Shown here in pieces: positions 1 through 8,968 of a stretch of 43,099 bases of DNA; positions within the stretch are counted from its first letter, which is position 1, and each line of letters opens with the position of its first letter. This DNA is from an uncultured Candidatus Peribacteria bacterium (GTDB lineage Bacteria > Patescibacteriota > Gracilibacteria > RBG-16-42-10). A program made the translations under genes and the position numbers. Below the pieces are notes generated by a model. It was not told the origin of the DNA and ran no database searches. It saw only the letters and a program-made list of their open reading frames with translations. Where the stretch lies: NCBI GenBank assembly GCA_964514565.1, contig CAZERA010000004.1, positions 62,001 to 105,099 of the forward strand, given 5' to 3'.

Positions 1-96
1 CCAGAAGAAGTGATGAAGGTCAAAGGCTCATACACAGGCAAATACCTCAAGATCCTAGTAGAAAGAGAAAAAGAATTGCAAGCAAAACTAAAGTAA
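1..96 (+). CDS. uvrA: Excinuclease ABC subunit A, C-terminal fragment (gene starts before the window)
   Basis: Frame 1 reads PEEVMKVKGSYTGKYLKILVEREKELQAKLK*, matching the UvrA C-terminal PEEV...SYTGxYL pattern; uvrC and uvrB lie nearby. Confidence 0.8.
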   Translation, partial: PEEVMKVKGSYTGKYLKILVEREKELQAKLK

Positions 97-110
97 TAAG
101 CAAAGAATTT

Positions 111-151
111 AAAAGACTACAGTAAGGGCAAATGCCACCTGTAGTCTTTTT
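111..151. terminator. Probable bidirectional intrinsic terminator between uvrA and tRNA-Arg
   Basis: 12-bp inverted repeat aaaagactacag (111-122) / ctgtagtctttt (139-150) with A/T tracts. Confidence 0.65.
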
Positions 152-276
152 CATATATCACCAAAAATTATTCTTATTCTAATCTTTATCCTTAGATCGC
201 GTTTAGATTGTCATATCAAAAAAAGCAGATTTTCTTAAGAGATAGCTGCGATAAAAGCTGTCAGTATACGCGATCT

Positions 277-351
277 TGGTGCCCCCAGAAGGAATCGAAC
301 CTTCATAACCGGTTCCGAAGACCGGGACTCTATCCATTAAGCTATGGAGGC
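277..351 (-). tRNA. tRNA-Arg (anticodon UCG)
   Basis: Reverse complement forms a cloverleaf: anticodon arm ccggt-ct TCG ga-accgg, T-loop gttcgatt, encoded CCA. Confidence 0.95.
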
Positions 352-413
352 AGGTACAAGACTTATAGCACATGCTGCCATAAAAATTAAGTAGATCTGT
401 GATATTGGTCTAC

Positions 414-1322
414 TTAATATTCACCTCTGATCATGGCAAGAGCAATTTTCTCTCGGACTGGATAATCAGTAGCGTTGGCTTTTTGGGGATTGTTGAGAAT
501 ATCAACTCCCAATAAACCAATACATCGTAAAGCCCATACTGCTTGAACAGCTGCTTCCCCGTGCTGTGTTTTCAACAGTTTTAGTTCTTTGATAATCAAT
601 GGCAAAGCTGCTTCTGGATCTGGATGTTCTAGTAAGGCAAAATCAAGGGCTCTGAGTACATCATAGAATGCTGCGCCAGGTCTTGGCTCAACAGTGAGAT
701 CTAGTAGATGAGGTTGTTGCTGACGATCCAAAATAATATGTTCGCCATGAATATTGCCATGCACGAAACCAAAAAATTTTTGGGGATCTTGTCTGGCTAG
801 TGCAAATAAAGTGTTTGAGAGTTGAAACGCTTCTGTGGGACTGAGTAATCCTTTTGCCATAATCTTTTCGATCCAAGCATGAAATACTCTTCCCATCCAT
901 CCATACGCTTGTTCTGTGTCGATATGTGATGGGAGGGTGTGATCTTTTTGGCATTCTTGCACAAAATTTTGATAGTCAGTACAAACTGCTTTACTAATGC
1001 TAATCGTCCGAGCTAGATCAGTTCGATACAGTTTTTTTAGTTCCTGACCCTCAATATACTCCAGTAGTAAATATTCTGGATTAGTAATTGCACTAGTGGG
1101 GTAAAATAGTTTTTGAGTTTTGAAACTAGTGCTACCTTTCCTTAAAGCGGCAACAAGTAACAATCGTAATTGATATCGTTCAATTTTGGCACTTTTAAGG
1201 ACCATTAAGCTTCCATCTGGGCCAATCACTTTGCGATTGTGTGATCGACCGTTCAGTACTTCACCTGTATCAGTGAGTTTATGATGAGCTATCGCTTGTT
1301 GTACTGGAGATAGGTTTCTCAA
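414..1322 (-). CDS. Aminoglycoside phosphotransferase/choline kinase-like protein, probably catalytically altered
   Basis: VLK lysine, LLLEYIEG hinge, HGNIHGEH loop, LLDL and FYD motifs; TTG start 2 nt after the upstream stop. Confidence 0.65.
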   Translation of the reverse strand: MRNLSPVQQAIAHHKLTDTGEVLNGRSHNRKVIGPDGSLMVLKSAKIERYQLRLLLVAALRKGSTSFKTQKLFYPTSAITNPEYLLLEYIEGQELKKLYRTDLARTISISKAVCTDYQNFVQECQKDHTLPSHIDTEQAYGWMGRVFHAWIEKIMAKGLLSPTEAFQLSNTLFALARQDPQKFFGFVHGNIHGEHIILDRQQQPHLLDLTVEPRPGAAFYDVLRALDFALLEHPDPEAALPLIIKELKLLKTQHGEAAVQAVWALRCIGLLGVDILNNPQKANATDYPVREKIALAMIRGEY

Positions 1323-1324
1323 GA

Positions 1325-2335
1325 TTAGTAGGTTGCTTCTATGAGGGCTTTACGAATTCTATTTCTAGCTTCTCTTTTGTATATATCTTCTGGCGGATCT
1401 TTTTGAATATCAGTACCAATTGCCAACATTCTTGCTCTGAGCACTGGCATTAGTAATGTGGGATCAAATTCCTCTTTGAGCCTTCTTACTGCGACCGATA
1501 AGCTTTCTCCAAGTTGAGCTGGTGTATGGCTATGTGCCACAATTGAATCTAACCCTCTGACTTTATCATAAAAACCTCTACCAGGTTTTACTTGAGCGTT
1601 GAGATCAAGCAAGTAAGGTTTTACTTCTTTGCGTTTGTTTTCAGGTAATACTTTTAAATCTGGTGTTAGAATATGTTTAGCATGAATGTCTCCATGGGCA
1701 AATCCAATATATTCTTTCCCGTACTTTCTATAATTGTTGCTTAAATCAAGCACAATTTGGGTGATCGCTCGAGCTGAAGCAGGTGTGGTTCTCATCATTT
1801 TTGCTTCCCATACAGCTACTGCGGCTAAAAAACGGGCCATTCCTCTAGCAGCAACAACTGCAGAAATTGTAGTTGTTGGTATATATGCTTTTAAAACAGA
1901 TTGATAATCATTTGCTGTTGCAAGTAGAATACCTACCGCTTCTTCATTTCCACCAAAAAACATGCCCTCAGTCCTTTTGTTTACTTTAGTTACTTCTGAA
2001 AGAGGGGCTTGTTCGATTAGATCAGTGATATAATAACTAGGTTCGCCTGGTCTGCTAATATAATGAAGTTGAGGTACTTGAAAACTAAGGTTTAATTCCG
2101 CAGCAGCTTTCATCAATCCGATTTCATGAGTATTGATAGCGCTGCCGTATTTTACTACTACAGTTCTATTGTTATTTGCTTCTAAGTATCCTAGTCCTTC
2201 ATCAGGTCGCATGCCTTTTCTTAATTCCTCTCTAATTGTTGCTTTTACAACATCATGCTTTCCCATTTTTTCTCTAAACTCAAGTCCATGTTTGGCAGCG
2301 ATAAAATTCAATGTTGCTGAAGGTGATTTGTTCAT
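1325..2335 (-). CDS. Aminoglycoside phosphotransferase/choline kinase-like protein
   Basis: VVKYG lysine, HEIGLM alphaC Glu, VPQLH, HGDIHAKH catalytic loop, LLDL, FYD. Confidence 0.65.
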   Translation of the reverse strand: MNKSPSATLNFIAAKHGLEFREKMGKHDVVKATIREELRKGMRPDEGLGYLEANNNRTVVVKYGSAINTHEIGLMKAAAELNLSFQVPQLHYISRPGEPSYYITDLIEQAPLSEVTKVNKRTEGMFFGGNEEAVGILLATANDYQSVLKAYIPTTTISAVVAARGMARFLAAVAVWEAKMMRTTPASARAITQIVLDLSNNYRKYGKEYIGFAHGDIHAKHILTPDLKVLPENKRKEVKPYLLDLNAQVKPGRGFYDKVRGLDSIVAHSHTPAQLGESLSVAVRRLKEEFDPTLLMPVLRARMLAIGTDIQKDPPEDIYKREARNRIRKALIEATY

Positions 2336-2358
2336 CTGATTAAAATAAGTTAGGTGCC

Positions 2359-2387
2359 ACTTTATCTTTTGCTATCAACCTAGTCAA
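2359..2387 (-). promoter_or_regulatory. Sigma70-like promoter for the kinase-like pair
   Basis: TTGACT-17nt-TAAAGT on the minus strand, upstream of the ATG at 2335. Confidence 0.45.
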
Positions 2388-2424
2388 TTTGTTTTTATCT
2401 GACTGATCCCCTGCTTCTCTCAAA

Positions 2425-2453
2425 TTGACAGTAATTTTCCGCCATTCTAGACT
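2425..2453 (+). promoter_or_regulatory. Sigma70-like promoter
   Basis: TTGACA-17nt-TAGACT, 20 nt before the ATG at 2474. Confidence 0.6.
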
Positions 2454-2473
2454 ACCACTTCAAATATAAAGCA

Positions 2474-3154
2474 ATGGCAGAAAGATATACACGCTGGTTG
2501 GATTGGGAAAGACATGCATCGAAGCCGACAATGTATCCGCCCCATTTAGATTTCTCTCCACAAGACGCCCAGGCATTTCTGACTGCTTTGTATTTTATGA
2601 ATATGAAGGATGTGTACCAGCACTCTTCTGCTCAGGATGCTCATATGCAGCGTCTGGCTGATGTATTTGCTGGACTAGATGCTCAGACAAATTTTCCACT
2701 TGGCGATGCTATGGATTTTTATGGCCAAGAAAACCGTGTGCATGATCGTGTGCGAGCTAATTTAAGGAGAGTATTAGTAAATGTGACCGAACAGCAAAAG
2801 CTAGGTGAATTGTTGCCGATTGATGTATTGAGACAATTACTAAAACTAGCAGGTAAAGACTGGTTGGTCGCTAGCCAAGGCAATGGTTGGGTGTTTTTTG
2901 ACCAGCAAGATATGAATGCTTTATCTGAAGCTGATACATATATTCAGCAAGACATACATGTCCTCCCCTACTGGTTAATTGAAAGTGATGATTACAATCA
3001 CCATTGTTATCTGTGGGATCTCTATCGCAAATTAACGGTGATTGTTCACCATGCTACTTATCGGGCCAAATATACTCAACATGTTGGTAAGATCAGAGGT
3101 GCTTTGCGACAAAGATGGAACAATCGTCATTTAGCTACTGTTTCTTTGTCATAA
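2474..3154 (+). CDS. Hypothetical protein (226 aa)
   Basis: Long ORF with its own promoter and terminator; no recognised motif. Confidence 0.7.
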   Translation: MAERYTRWLDWERHASKPTMYPPHLDFSPQDAQAFLTALYFMNMKDVYQHSSAQDAHMQRLADVFAGLDAQTNFPLGDAMDFYGQENRVHDRVRANLRRVLVNVTEQQKLGELLPIDVLRQLLKLAGKDWLVASQGNGWVFFDQQDMNALSEADTYIQQDIHVLPYWLIESDDYNHHCYLWDLYRKLTVIVHHATYRAKYTQHVGKIRGALRQRWNNRHLATVSLS

Positions 3155-3156
3155 TA

Positions 3157-3188
3157 AAAGAGCCCCATCTGGTGAGATGAAGCTCTTT
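3157..3188. terminator. Bidirectional terminator hairpin between convergent genes
   Basis: aaagagc...gctcttt outer stem with catct/agatg inner stem. Confidence 0.6.
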
Positions 3189-3206
3189 GTCATTTATCGC
3201 ATCTCC

Positions 3207-3545
3207 TTATTTAGGGGGGAGGATCTCGTCAAAATTACCTTTGAAGTCTTTCAAAAATTGATGGACGTCCATGACATCGTCTGAACTAACGATCTCTTTG
3301 GTTTCCATTGATTGGACCGTGGTATTGATATTTTGAGGCACACTAGAGTCTGGATTGGCTTGGCTGAGATTAGCGGTAATCAAAATTGAGGTTTTACAAT
3401 AATCACACTGAGCGACGATCATACACTTTTCGCCCACAGCGCTGATTACATTGATATCATCGTTGGAATAACTATTGTCACATTGTGGACAATTGACGTG
3501 GCTCTTGATATTTCGAATGACCGCACGGAGGGATGTGAAGTTCAT
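3207..3545 (-). CDS. Small zinc-ribbon protein of unknown function
   Basis: CPQC and CDYC pairs; C-terminal helix SSDDVMDVHQFLKDF. Confidence 0.7.
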   Translation of the reverse strand: MNFTSLRAVIRNIKSHVNCPQCDNSYSNDDINVISAVGEKCMIVAQCDYCKTSILITANLSQANPDSSVPQNINTTVQSMETKEIVSSDDVMDVHQFLKDFKGNFDEILPPK

Positions 3546-3587
3546 TGTGTTTTCTTATGCAACTTAAATTATACACGCACTTTTTCT

Positions 3588-4499
3588 CTATTGCCAGTGG
3601 TAATGTTTATTGACCCACTCATACAGCACTTTAGTTTCTTGAAAGCGGTCAGGACTATTGAGTACCACCGTAATAAGCTGATGGCCATGATAGGTTCCTA
3701 GTGAAACAAAGGACTCGCCTGCATCAGGTGTCGTACCAGTTTTCAGCCCTTGCATATTGATATAACTATTGAGCAAGAGATTGGTTGGCCTTACGCTATA
3801 GGTATTGCCTAGTTTTGAAGTAATGGTGAGCGGGCCTTGTTTGACGATATCCAAAATGGTGGGGTATTGGTTGTAAATTGTATAGGCGGCCTTGGCTACT
3901 TCAAAAGCAGTAGAGTAATTTTCTTGATCATCGAAACCCAAAGGATGAGCTATATGTGTATTAATTAAACCAAGCTCATGTACTTTTTTGTTGACTAATT
4001 CGATCGCATTTTCTGGTCCATTGAGGGCACCCTGCACTATGGCCATAGTCGCATCATTTGCAGAAGCAATTAAGCTTGCTTGAAGCAGACTATGTAAGGT
4101 CAGACGGTCTCCTCTTTTGAGATAGAGTTTTGAGGCTGGCATATCTGCTGCATACTGATCGATAGTTATTACGGTATCTAGTGGTAATTTTTGATCAAGC
4201 AGTGTCATCAAGGTAAATAGCTTGGTGATACTGGCTATCGGTAAGCGCTCGTACGCATTTTTCTGGTACAAGATAGCTTTTGTATTCACATCCATTACCA
4301 AAGCGGCTCTAGCTTGAATTACAGGTGCCAAGGCATCTGCATCTTTGGTAATACCAAAACGAAGCGGATTGTAGAGATAATTCTCATTCAGCGTCTCCAC
4401 ATTATTACTGACTACAGATGCTTGAGGAATGCTCAGCAAAGTAGAGTTCTGTAGCGTCTGATAGAAAAGAAATGTACTTAGGAGGAAGGCTTGAGACAT
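3588..4499 (-). CDS. D-alanyl-D-alanine carboxypeptidase (peptidase S11)
   Basis: SxxK (ASITK), SxN (SAN) and KTG motifs; N-terminal hydrophobic segment. Confidence 0.9.
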   Translation of the reverse strand: MSQAFLLSTFLFYQTLQNSTLLSIPQASVVSNNVETLNENYLYNPLRFGITKDADALAPVIQARAALVMDVNTKAILYQKNAYERLPIASITKLFTLMTLLDQKLPLDTVITIDQYAADMPASKLYLKRGDRLTLHSLLQASLIASANDATMAIVQGALNGPENAIELVNKKVHELGLINTHIAHPLGFDDQENYSTAFEVAKAAYTIYNQYPTILDIVKQGPLTITSKLGNTYSVRPTNLLLNSYINMQGLKTGTTPDAGESFVSLGTYHGHQLITVVLNSPDRFQETKVLYEWVNKHYHWQ

Positions 4500-5200
4500 G
4501 TAGAGAGCAATTGATCAATCATAGTGTCAGTAAGAGCAAGATACGGACCTCCTCGTAAAGTGGCAAGCTTCAATGTGCCTATCTCAGTACGGATCAGCCT
4601 GGTGACTCTATAGTCCAAGCTAGACAACATTCTCCGGATATGGCGTTTCTTGCCATGATGGAGGGTAATGCGCAGTTCATTGGGGTACTCAGTTTGCTCA
4701 ATCTTATCCGCAGTGAGAAATTCACCATCGTCGTTGATTCCTTCTTCTAAAAACCGTAGATCACTAGGATTAAACTCTTGATCTAGTACCACATGATAGA
4801 TTTTTTCTATTTGATAACTAGGATGAGTCATTTTATTAGCCAATTCACCATCATTGGTGAGAATGATTAGTCCCTCAGAGTCTTTATCCAACCTTCCTAC
4901 TGGGAAAATGCGTGCTTTGGTAGGGATGAGGTCAGTGACTAGTTGTTCGGCAAAGCGATCTGAGACCGTACTGGTGTAGCCTCTTGGTTTGTAGACCAGG
5001 TAGGTTTCATGAGGATGATCTAAAACAGTGATTGGTTTGCCATTAATGGTCACTTTATCTGTCTCAGTAACACTCATTCCAAGCGTTGCTTTTTGACCAT
5101 TCACCATCACTTGGCCTGCTTCAATCAACAGTTCAGCTTTTCTTCTTGAGCATATTCCACAACCAGCGATGTATTTTTGCAATCTTTGAGGTTTGACCAT
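4478..5200 (-). CDS. rRNA pseudouridine synthase, RsuA/RluB family
   Basis: S4 domain RLQKYIA..G.CSRRKAE; catalytic GRLDKDSEGL. Confidence 0.93.
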   Translation of the reverse strand: MVKPQRLQKYIAGCGICSRRKAELLIEAGQVMVNGQKATLGMSVTETDKVTINGKPITVLDHPHETYLVYKPRGYTSTVSDRFAEQLVTDLIPTKARIFPVGRLDKDSEGLIILTNDGELANKMTHPSYQIEKIYHVVLDQEFNPSDLRFLEEGINDDGEFLTADKIEQTEYPNELRITLHHGKKRHIRRMLSSLDYRVTRLIRTEIGTLKLATLRGGPYLALTDTMIDQLLSTCLKPSS

Positions 5201-5248
5201 AGGTGTGCAGTCGTATAGGTTTACAATAGATTTTTATACATATCATTT

Positions 5249-5734
5249 ATGCTTCAAGCCTTCGCGCGAGTCAAACCCGTATCAGTGGGAAAACTCTATG
5301 CAGTCTATGTGGGGTTGGTAGTTTTTATCATGGGTTTAGCTTCTAATTTTGTTGCATTGGTGCTTGGCCGTGGTTCTCTTGCCATCACTTTTGATTCCAT
5401 GATGGGTAGTACTCCGATGAAGCAAGAAATCATGCTCAATGTATGGCAAATCCTTTTAGTGACCTGCTTACTCACTTTGTTGGTTATGGTGCTGGGTTTT
5501 TTCTATGGCATCATTTTATCTTTGATCTATAACTTAGCAGCAAATATTACTGGTGGTGTTGTGATTGATACCGTTGCGGTTGGTACGCCGGTTAAACAAC
5601 CTGTTGCTGAGGTAAGTCAGAAAACTGTGACACCTCCAGTCGTCAGTCATGCTGCGCCAAAAGTAACTAAGCCAGTAGTGGTTGCACGCAAACCTGCTGC
5701 CCGTACTCCCGCTCGTAAAAAACGTAAGGCTTAA
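5249..5734 (+). CDS. Membrane protein, DUF3566-like, with basic tail
   Basis: Two long hydrophobic segments ending YNLAANITGG; Lys/Arg/Pro-rich C-terminus. Confidence 0.55.
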   Translation: MLQAFARVKPVSVGKLYAVYVGLVVFIMGLASNFVALVLGRGSLAITFDSMMGSTPMKQEIMLNVWQILLVTCLLTLLVMVLGFFYGIILSLIYNLAANITGGVVIDTVAVGTPVKQPVAEVSQKTVTPPVVSHAAPKVTKPVVVARKPAARTPARKKRKA

Positions 5735-7647
5735 ATTTGTTCGCGGATCTTTTCTGCTGTATGTTCGTCTACCACTTCTAGTAATTTTTCCCAAGAAGCT
5801 TCTTTAATACCTAGCACACTGCCAAAGGTAGCCAGAAGCTTCTTTTTTGTTTTGGGGCCGATACCTGGGATAGTATCTAATACGGATTGTACCATTTTCT
5901 TGCCGCGCATTTTGCGATGACCTTGAATGGCAAAGCGATGAGCCTCATCTCGAATACGTTGAATCAAGAAAAACTCTGGGCTGTCTTTGGGCAGTAGAAT
6001 AGGCAAGCGTTGTTTGGGGACAAATATTTCTTCTTCTTGTTTGGCCAAGCTGACTACTTTGGGGAGGACAACCTTGCTGCCACTTTTGACTACGGCTCGA
6101 AGTGCAGTCATTACACTGCTAAGCTGACCTTTTCCTCCATCGATAATAATCAAATCTGGTTGTTCTGGTAGTGAGACAGTATCAATTTTCTCCTTACGTC
6201 TTTTTTTCTTGTCTCGATAGACGCTGTCCAGATATTGGATACGGCGTGAAAGTACTTCTTGCAGTGAAGCAAAATCGTTATTGACACCTTCTTCGAGGTC
6301 TTTGATCGTAAAGCGGCGATAATGACTATTGAGTGGTTTGCCATCGACGAATACGATCATGGATCCTACTTTGTTTGTACCTTGAATATGCGAAATGTCG
6401 TAGCATTCAATTCTCCTCGGCAATGTTTTCATTTTCAGAGCTTGCTGCAATGACTCTAATGCTCCACTGGTATGTTGACGTTCGCGCTCCCATGCTTGTT
6501 TATTTGCCTCTAGCTGAAGGGCGGCATTTTCTTCCACCATACTAATCAACTGTCGCTTTTCACCTCGTTCTGGAGCAAGCAATGTGACTTTCTTTCCTTT
6601 CAGATCAGTAAGGAACTGCGCTAGTAGTTTGTCTTCTGCTAAGGCCACACTTGTCATTATCTCTTCAGGAATAGAGCTGGCATCAGTGTAGTACTGTTGG
6701 ATAAATGACTCCAAAATATTGTCGACTGTCTCTTCTTTACTTTGGTCGGTGAGATTGAAATGTTCGGTGCGGATAATGTGGCCATTACGGATCATGAAAA
6801 GGGCGATCACCGCATTGGCAGCATCTTTGGCTACTGCGATCACATCTTGATTGTGACCAGAGGTAAGGATGGCGTACTGTTTTTCATTGAGTACAGACAA
6901 TGCGTACAGTCTATCTCGATATTTTGCCGCTTGCTCAAAAGCTTTTTTTGCGACTGCCTCTTTCATCGCTGATTCCCATTGTTTTTCTAAATCTTGATAA
7001 TCCCCTCCTAGAATAGCGCAAATATTGGCTATATTTGTTTGATATTCTTCCTTGGTCACTTTTCCAATACAAGGTGCTTGGCAACGTTTAATATAATAAT
7101 CCAAACAAGGCGCTTGGCGGCTTAAATTATGGGTGACAGTTTGTCCTGGCGTAATTTCATTGATGTCACCGTGACAGCTTCGGTAAGGAAAAAGCTTTTG
7201 TAGGCCTTTTAGGGTTTTAAAGATACTATCAGTAGAGGTATATGGTCCGAAGTAATGGTGTTTGGTATCTTTTTTGAAATGTCTCACTATTTCTATTTCT
7301 GGGAAGTCGACATCTTTGGCTATTTTGGCATAGACATAGTTTTTGTCATCCTTCATCAAAATATTGTATTTGGGACGAATACTTTTGATCAGGTTGGTTT
7401 CTAGGACCAGAGCTTCGAGCTCAGTTCTGGTGATAGTAAACTCAATATTAACGATTCGCTCCCGCATCACTGCTACTTTGGGAGCGATCGTTTTATTTTG
7501 CTGGAAATAAGATTTTACTCGTTTTCGTAAGTTTTTCGCTTTACCGACATAGATAATTTGATTGTCTTTGTCGAGCATCTTGTAGACTCCAGGCTGAGTA
7601 CTACATTTTTTGAGTAAATCTTTGATAGTGTCACTGACTGCAAACAT
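5731..7647 (-). CDS. uvrC: Excinuclease ABC subunit C
   Basis: GIY-YIG domain (PGVY..IIYVGKAKNL), Cys cluster, RIECYDISH, IDGGKGQ, RDEAHRFA, HhH motif GIGPK. Confidence 0.97.
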   Translation of the reverse strand: MFAVSDTIKDLLKKCSTQPGVYKMLDKDNQIIYVGKAKNLRKRVKSYFQQNKTIAPKVAVMRERIVNIEFTITRTELEALVLETNLIKSIRPKYNILMKDDKNYVYAKIAKDVDFPEIEIVRHFKKDTKHHYFGPYTSTDSIFKTLKGLQKLFPYRSCHGDINEITPGQTVTHNLSRQAPCLDYYIKRCQAPCIGKVTKEEYQTNIANICAILGGDYQDLEKQWESAMKEAVAKKAFEQAAKYRDRLYALSVLNEKQYAILTSGHNQDVIAVAKDAANAVIALFMIRNGHIIRTEHFNLTDQSKEETVDNILESFIQQYYTDASSIPEEIMTSVALAEDKLLAQFLTDLKGKKVTLLAPERGEKRQLISMVEENAALQLEANKQAWERERQHTSGALESLQQALKMKTLPRRIECYDISHIQGTNKVGSMIVFVDGKPLNSHYRRFTIKDLEEGVNNDFASLQEVLSRRIQYLDSVYRDKKKRRKEKIDTVSLPEQPDLIIIDGGKGQLSSVMTALRAVVKSGSKVVLPKVVSLAKQEEEIFVPKQRLPILLPKDSPEFFLIQRIRDEAHRFAIQGHRKMRGKKMVQSVLDTIPGIGPKTKKKLLATFGSVLGIKEASWEKLLEVVDEHTAEKIREQI

Positions 7648-7693
7648 AGATAGAAGTAATCTTTTTATGTTATACTACTAGGAAACAAAATTT

Positions 7694-8968
7694 ATGGATA
7701 TTTTTTCTCCTTTATTAACTTCGCTGGGATTATCAATTGGTATTGGTGTCCTAGTGGGGATTGAGCGCGAATCTTATCGTCAGCAGGGGGCTAATACCAT
7801 TGCTGGTTTACGCACATTCATTTTTATCAGTGTTTGGGGATTCTTGACTGGTGTGATTGCACAAACATGGTTAATGGCATTTTTGCCTATTTCCTTTTTT
7901 TGTTTAGTAATGACACTTATTTCAGTATATTACAGTCGTGTAAGTCAAGGTGAAAAGCATGGTTTAACCACTGAGATGGCTGCAATTGTTACTTTTCTTC
8001 TAGCAGCATTATCTCTACAATTAGATCATAGCATTATCTTAGCATTAGGAGTATTAGTGGCGTTGGCACTGTCTACTAAAAATATTTTCACTCACTGGTT
8101 GACTGTTTTCCCTCGGGAAGCAGTACTTGCTACTGTACAGTTTGCTGTACTTAGTGCTGTGGTTCTACCTTTCTTGCCGAATCAGTATATGGGACCTTGG
8201 CATTTTTTTAATCCTTATGTTGCTTGGTGGATGGTAGTTTTAGTATCTGGTATTAGTTTTGTCGGATATGTTCTCAACTTATTGTTTACTAGTCGCAAGA
8301 GTATATTAGTTAGTTCTGCAATCGGTGGTTTAGTTTCTTCTACTGCAGTGACTACATCGATGTCACAATTATCAAAGCATGCTACTGGTTCGGTTAGTTT
8401 GTTTGTAACTGGCTGTATAGTGGCTAGTTCGATTGCATCTTTACGGGTATTAGCTACAGCCTCTATCATATACACGCCAATCTTTTTTGTGCTCTTTTTA
8501 CCGATGTTTTTGCTGACTATTATCGGTGGCATATTTATTGGGCGGATTTATAGTAAGCCGGTGATCACAGAAGAAAAAGTAAGTTTGGATAATCCATTTC
8601 AAATTGGATCAGCAATTACTTTTGCTGTTTTATTTGTCATAATTTCTTTTTTAGCTCGTACTAGTACTGGTTTTTTTGGTATTCAAGGCTTATATGTGAC
8701 TAGTCTTTTTGCTGGTGTTGCTGATGTAGATGCAATGACTATTTCTGCTAGCCAGTTAGCTAATTTAGGAACGATTAGTGCAAACCAAGCTAGTATCACG
8801 GTTCTTCTGGTATTTCTCAGCAATATGGTAGTCAAGTGTGTGATCACTTTGGTTTTTGGTCATCGTAATATGCGCAAATTGATCTTAAGTTACACAGCAA
8901 TTGTTTTGATCATCATTCTTTTAGCTGTCTTGTTTTTGCACTGGAGTAATTTTAATGTTCAATTCTAG
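7694..8968 (+). CDS. MgtC/SapB family membrane protein with DUF4010 domain
   Basis: GIERE...AGLRTF, GLTTE, GGLVSSTA and GVADVDA motifs; many TM helices. Confidence 0.85.
   Translation: MDIFSPLLTSLGLSIGIGVLVGIERESYRQQGANTIAGLRTFIFISVWGFLTGVIAQTWLMAFLPISFFCLVMTLISVYYSRVSQGEKHGLTTEMAAIVTFLLAALSLQLDHSIILALGVLVALALSTKNIFTHWLTVFPREAVLATVQFAVLSAVVLPFLPNQYMGPWHFFNPYVAWWMVVLVSGISFVGYVLNLLFTSRKSILVSSAIGGLVSSTAVTTSMSQLSKHATGSVSLFVTGCIVASSIASLRVLATASIIYTPIFFVLFLPMFLLTIIGGIFIGRIYSKPVITEEKVSLDNPFQIGSAITFAVLFVIISFLARTSTGFFGIQGLYVTSLFAGVADVDAMTISASQLANLGTISANQASITVLLVFLSNMVVKCVITLVFGHRNMRKLILSYTAIVLIIILLAVLFLHWSNFNVQF

Noticed and set aside
111..151. Possible c-di-GMP riboswitch suggested by GGCAAA in the hairpin
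   Set aside because: It lies between convergent 3' ends with no downstream gene and no second riboswitch stem; a terminator explains it
208..390. 60-aa plus-strand ORF
   Set aside because: Antisense to tRNA-Arg; spurious
414..3154. tRNA-integrated island or prophage
   Set aside because: The genes lie on the 5' side of the tRNA, and I saw no integrase or duplicated tRNA 3' end
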